Below are positions 35,401 through 39,306 of a stretch of 39,306 bases of DNA, in pieces; position 1 is the first letter of the stretch, and the number at the start of each line of letters is the position of its first letter. The notes below the pieces were generated by a model. That model saw only the letters and a list, made by a program, of their open reading frames with translations. It ran no database searches and was not told the DNA's origin. Both the position numbers and the translations under genes were made by a program. The DNA is taken from NCBI GenBank assembly GCA_028826165.1, contig JAPDFW010000052.1:1-39306 (forward strand), in the 5' to 3' direction. The DNA comes from Anaeramoeba ignava BMAN. Its lineage: Eukaryota > Protista > Anaeramoebae.

Positions 35401-38400
35401 GATGAGTTTTCAGTGGAAAATAATTTTATGATCCAAAACACAAACATTATAATCACGCTTTTCAAGATTTTCTTGCTTCCAAATAACGAGATTGCATCAA
35501 GAATTCTCGACATTTTCTCAACAATTTGCCAAAAATCAACGCATGTTTGTTCATGTTGCTCAAATAGCGGGCTTTGTTTTTATCTCATTTCCTCAGTGCC
35601 AAATTTCAAAAACAACCAAGAAAATCTCGGCAAAATGATCAAGTTGATTGTGATTATTGGGAAACATAGAATCAAAGTGAAAGAATTAAAGTTAATGCTC
35701 CAAATCATGGATAAATATCAAGGAGAGTTTTCCAAAATATTTATAGGGATTCTCCACGAATTGTCCCGAAAATTAACTGATGGTCCGAATTCGTTTTTTG
35801 ACTTCAACGGATATTCGTCGCGGTTAAAATTGCCATATATTGAGCAATGGCCATCAGTTCATGGCTATTCGTTTTGCACTTGGTTGAGGATGGAGAAATT
35901 TTCTAAAGGAAGAGTCAGAATATATTCACTAAGAAACGAAAAGAAAGAAGGATTTGAATTATTTTTCCGGTTTAGTCGAAGAAAAACAGAAAATTTCAAT
36001 ATTTTTGATAATGATGATAATAATGATAATAATGATAACAATGATAATAATAAACAAGGAAAGAGCAAATCATTCCAGATCATTGATGATTATATCAACA
36101 ACATCAATGAGTTGCAAAATGAACCTGAAATTGGAGATGGAAACGAAACGGATATAAAGCTTTATTATCGCGTTATTATTGGGAAAAATCGAGATGAATT
36201 TTCCGTTAATTTTTCACCTTCGATCGAAAATTGGCATTTTTTGGTTGTTACACATCAAAACACACGCAAAAACATAGGGGAGTTGAAAATATATGTTGAT
36301 GGAGGAGAAGTGGTTTACAACTCATCAATCCAATATCCAAAAGTAAATAATCTCAGATTCAATTACATTGGAAGAAGTGGGTCTAAAATCCCGAACAGTT
36401 ATTTATGCGGACAATTGGGCGCAATCCATTTTTTCAGCGATGTTCTCGCAAAAGAACAAGTGCAAGCCATGTTTTCTTTGGGAGCGAATTATCTCCCTCT
36501 TTTGGATCGGATGGAGATTGTCAGAACAAGAATGGAAAATCGAAGTGAAAGAAACTTGGAGGAAATGAAGCAAAATATGGAATTGCTTTCTCACGCCAAT
36601 TTCGCAAGCAAGATGCTTATCAGCTATAATATAAAGGCTTCTGACGAGCATTTTTGCTTTGATCAATTGACCCAAAATGTGTCAAGTAGCATGAATGCAA
36701 GAATTGTTGATATTGTTAAAAGTGTGACAGGCACAATCCACGAGATTATTTACTGTATTGGCGGAATGAGCGAGTTTTATTTGCTGATTGACCGCATTTT
36801 CCAAAATGATTTAAATAATTTTTCAGATGTTTTCGAGCAAATCTTCGAGACAATTTCCAATTTGCTGATTCATTCGCACCTGAATCAAGAGGAAGTTGCC
36901 AATTCGAGAGGGTTTTTAGTTTTGAGCTTGATATTCCAAAAAATTCCAAGTGCAAAAATAACACTAAAAATTATGAAAATGTGCAAAAAAATTATCAAAT
37001 CAACTTATAATGCCAAATTTCTAAGACACTTCATCCACGATTTTTTGCTGAATTACGACAATTGGATATATTGCAGTTATGAAATTCAACGAAAACTTGC
37101 GATGATTATAAAATTCATTATCAAATATGCAACACAAAACCACACAAAACAAGCATTTCGCCTTGCAATTATAGAAATTGAAGATCTGGTCGCGATAATT
37201 CGCTCTTATTTATGGACAAAACCGGAAGCGTATTATCAACGCGCAGAAAAACACGAGAAAAAAAGCAAAAAAACAGGCAAAACAATTGGAAAAAAACCGC
37301 AAAATGAGGAAATTATCAAATTACAGAAAATATACTTCCAAATTATCGAGTTGCTGCTAAATTTCGAATTTACTCAAGCGCAATTCAAGGTTTTGATCAG
37401 AAATTGTCTTCATTTCCAAGACGCGAAAATGGTTGTTGCGTTGCTGCAAATTGTTTTCCGAATTATCCACAAGAACATTTATCGGTATATCGGATTTTTG
37501 AAGAACATGAACTATTTCGATCCGTTTTTACTTCTTATGGGGAACGAAAACGAGAATGTCCGCGATTTGTCGCTGAAAATAGCGTGCAGTATCCATATCG
37601 GTGTGATCAAGAAAAGAGAGGAGCAAAAAAGAACCATTTTTGAGGAGGAAATTGGGGTCTGCTCAATTTGCAAGAAGTTTTCTCAATTTCCAATGTCAAT
37701 CTCAATTGTCTCCACATTGTTCCACTTTTTGACTTATATGGAAGGAGCATACCAATTTGCAAAAGATAGAATCCAAAGAAATTATCATCAAAAACCCAAA
37801 ATTCTCAAGTGTCTTCTTGGCTGGGCCAGAGAGAAAACAGCGAATTGGGGAGCAAATATTACAGAGAGAATATTCTGTATTTAATAAGGAATAAGAAAAT
37901 CAACAGAAAATTGTTTCAATACAGCAAAACTGGCCAAATTGGATGTTCAGCGCAATGGCAACTGAAGAAATTGGCAATCAATCAAAACCAAGAAAAATGC
38001 GTTTATATTTGAGACAATATCGCGCATTTTGCTGCATTGTTCTCGTCAATGAAGAGCATGTTTGCGATAATTCGTTCAACAAAATCATTTTTATTCTTCA
38101 TCAGAAGAGATCTCAACGAGATGAATCTTGTCGGCAAAATTTTTGATATGTTATTAACCCAAATTCCGCAAAAACTTGACAAAAATTCACCAGAAATGTT
38201 TCGATGATGAATCGAAGAAGTTTTCGCTTCAAAACAAAAATGAATTTCCAAACCATACTCATTAAAACATATCCAACGTTCCTGAAGAACATTGGCGAAT
38301 TTATTGTTTGTATTTGCAATTCTTCTCTTTATAAATCGTTTGTGAAGAATCAGAGTTTCACATTAACGTATGGATTTTCCGAGACACAAAAAGGATATAC

Positions 38401-39306
38401 CATTGGATCTGATCCACAAAATCGTGGATTTTTCAGACAATTATGGATTTATTTGGAATGACTTGAATTTTGGTGATCCAATTATATCCGATTCAGTTTT
38501 TCCATTTCCTCTTTAATTTACTGCTGATATACATCAGTGAATACGGATCCCCAGAACCTCGATTTGAAAGTCTTGGGATTTTTGCGTTTTGTGAGCAAAA
38601 AGCGAGAATGTTTTGTCATCATTTCTCATGCAATCAAATGCTTTGGTTCGTTTTCGGAAAAAGGAGATTCCTCAACAGAAGTGAAGGTTTGAACCAGTTT
38701 GTTTACAATTTATTGCAGGAGTTTTATCCTCAAACCTCGCACAAACTGCTTGATCAAGAAAAACCCTGTTTTTAGGCAAAAACGGCGAAATATTAGACAA
38801 TGCAAACAAACCTTTTACAATTTCATTTCTTCTTGAAAATCCAAAAATGGCAGTAATATGTCATTTCCAATATATTAAATCAATGTCAGATCAATTTATG
38901 GATAAAATGTTTGAATGGAAACTCAAGTTGGTTTCCGAATTGATTGACAAATTTTCGCGCTACGAACAGGTAATTAACAACCTGGAAAAGGAGCATGAAC
39001 AGGAAACTTATAAATTGGATATTTTGATCAAAGATTTTGGAGTCGAAATGGATCGATTGGAAAAACAGTTTTCTGCATCAGGAAAAATTGTATCAACAAA
39101 GGAAAATCATATCCAAAAGAAGATGGATCGCATCGTAGAATAATTAATTGATCCAAAAAGGGAAATGGAGGAGAACAAAAACGCAAAATACATTGAAACT
39201 AAATAATTCCAAGATCGCGCGAAGAAGAAGAAAATTGGGAAAGCTGTAATGCATTGGGGCAGTGATTGTTCCCCTGTGAACTCCTCTGATCCTCCTCCTG
39301 ACCTCC
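29443..39306 (+). CDS. Neurobeachin/LRBA/Lvs-type BEACH-family protein, N-terminal part (armadillo-like region, concanavalin-A-like domain, DUF4704-like region); PH-BEACH-WD40 not in window
   Basis: GPNSFFDFNG..LPYIEQWPSVHGYSFCTWLRME, WHFLVVTH, LKIYVDG, LCGQLGAIHFF..VQAMFSLGANY, IHEIIYCIGG, NQEEVANSRGFLVLS, LLNYDNWIYCSYEIQ. In-frame introns at about 29611-32508, 32726-32809, 32980-33041, 33193-33263 and 34324-34409. The frame becomes heavily broken after ~37800. Confidence 0.85.
29611..32508 (+). repeat. BEACH intron 1 (~2.9 kb) made of the 12-bp satellite (ATAAAATTATTT)n
   Basis: Exon 1 is exactly 56 codons ending KIEN|GTTTCA. The acceptor TAATAG|GAA AAA GAA AGA is phase 0. The body is almost 100% A/T. 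Confidence 0.85.

Noticed and set aside
1-39306. Inteins/Hint domains, transposases, reverse transcriptases or terminal inverted repeats
   Set aside because: No C-F/L..GT start with HN-C/S/T end and no DDE or RT motifs were recognised in any frame I read.

Overview
This is very AT-rich eukaryotic genomic DNA with GT-AG spliceosomal introns, the standard genetic code, poly-NQ/EN tracts and microsatellite-filled introns. The style suggests a protist, possibly an Anaeramoeba-like metamonad, but that assignment is inference only. In order, the window contains: the 5' ~9.5 kb of an RNF213/mysterin-like giant AAA+ protein (-, runs off the left edge); a short SMG8-like gene (-); a small myristoylated Mic19/CHCH-like gene (+); a GIGYF/Smy2-like GYF gene (+); a bZIP factor (-); NECAP (+); an Atg17-domain gene (+); tRNA-Pro(CGG) (-); a Rab5/21/22-group GTPase (-); a membrane-anchored repeat protein ending in a calponin-homology domain (-); and the 5' part of a neurobeachin/LRBA-type BEACH-family gene (+, runs off the right edge). 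Many genes are broken by 1-nt shifts in homopolymers, probably long-read errors. Most ORF-track entries such as KIKIKI, FDFDFD and IINK are translations of satellites. The most notable signals are the non-animal RNF213-like protein near autophagy/endolysosomal genes, the Mic19-like protein, introns inflated to ~2.9 kb by gene-specific satellites that almost never make a sense-strand AG, and several candidate cis-motifs. All homology calls come from recalled motifs; no searches were run.
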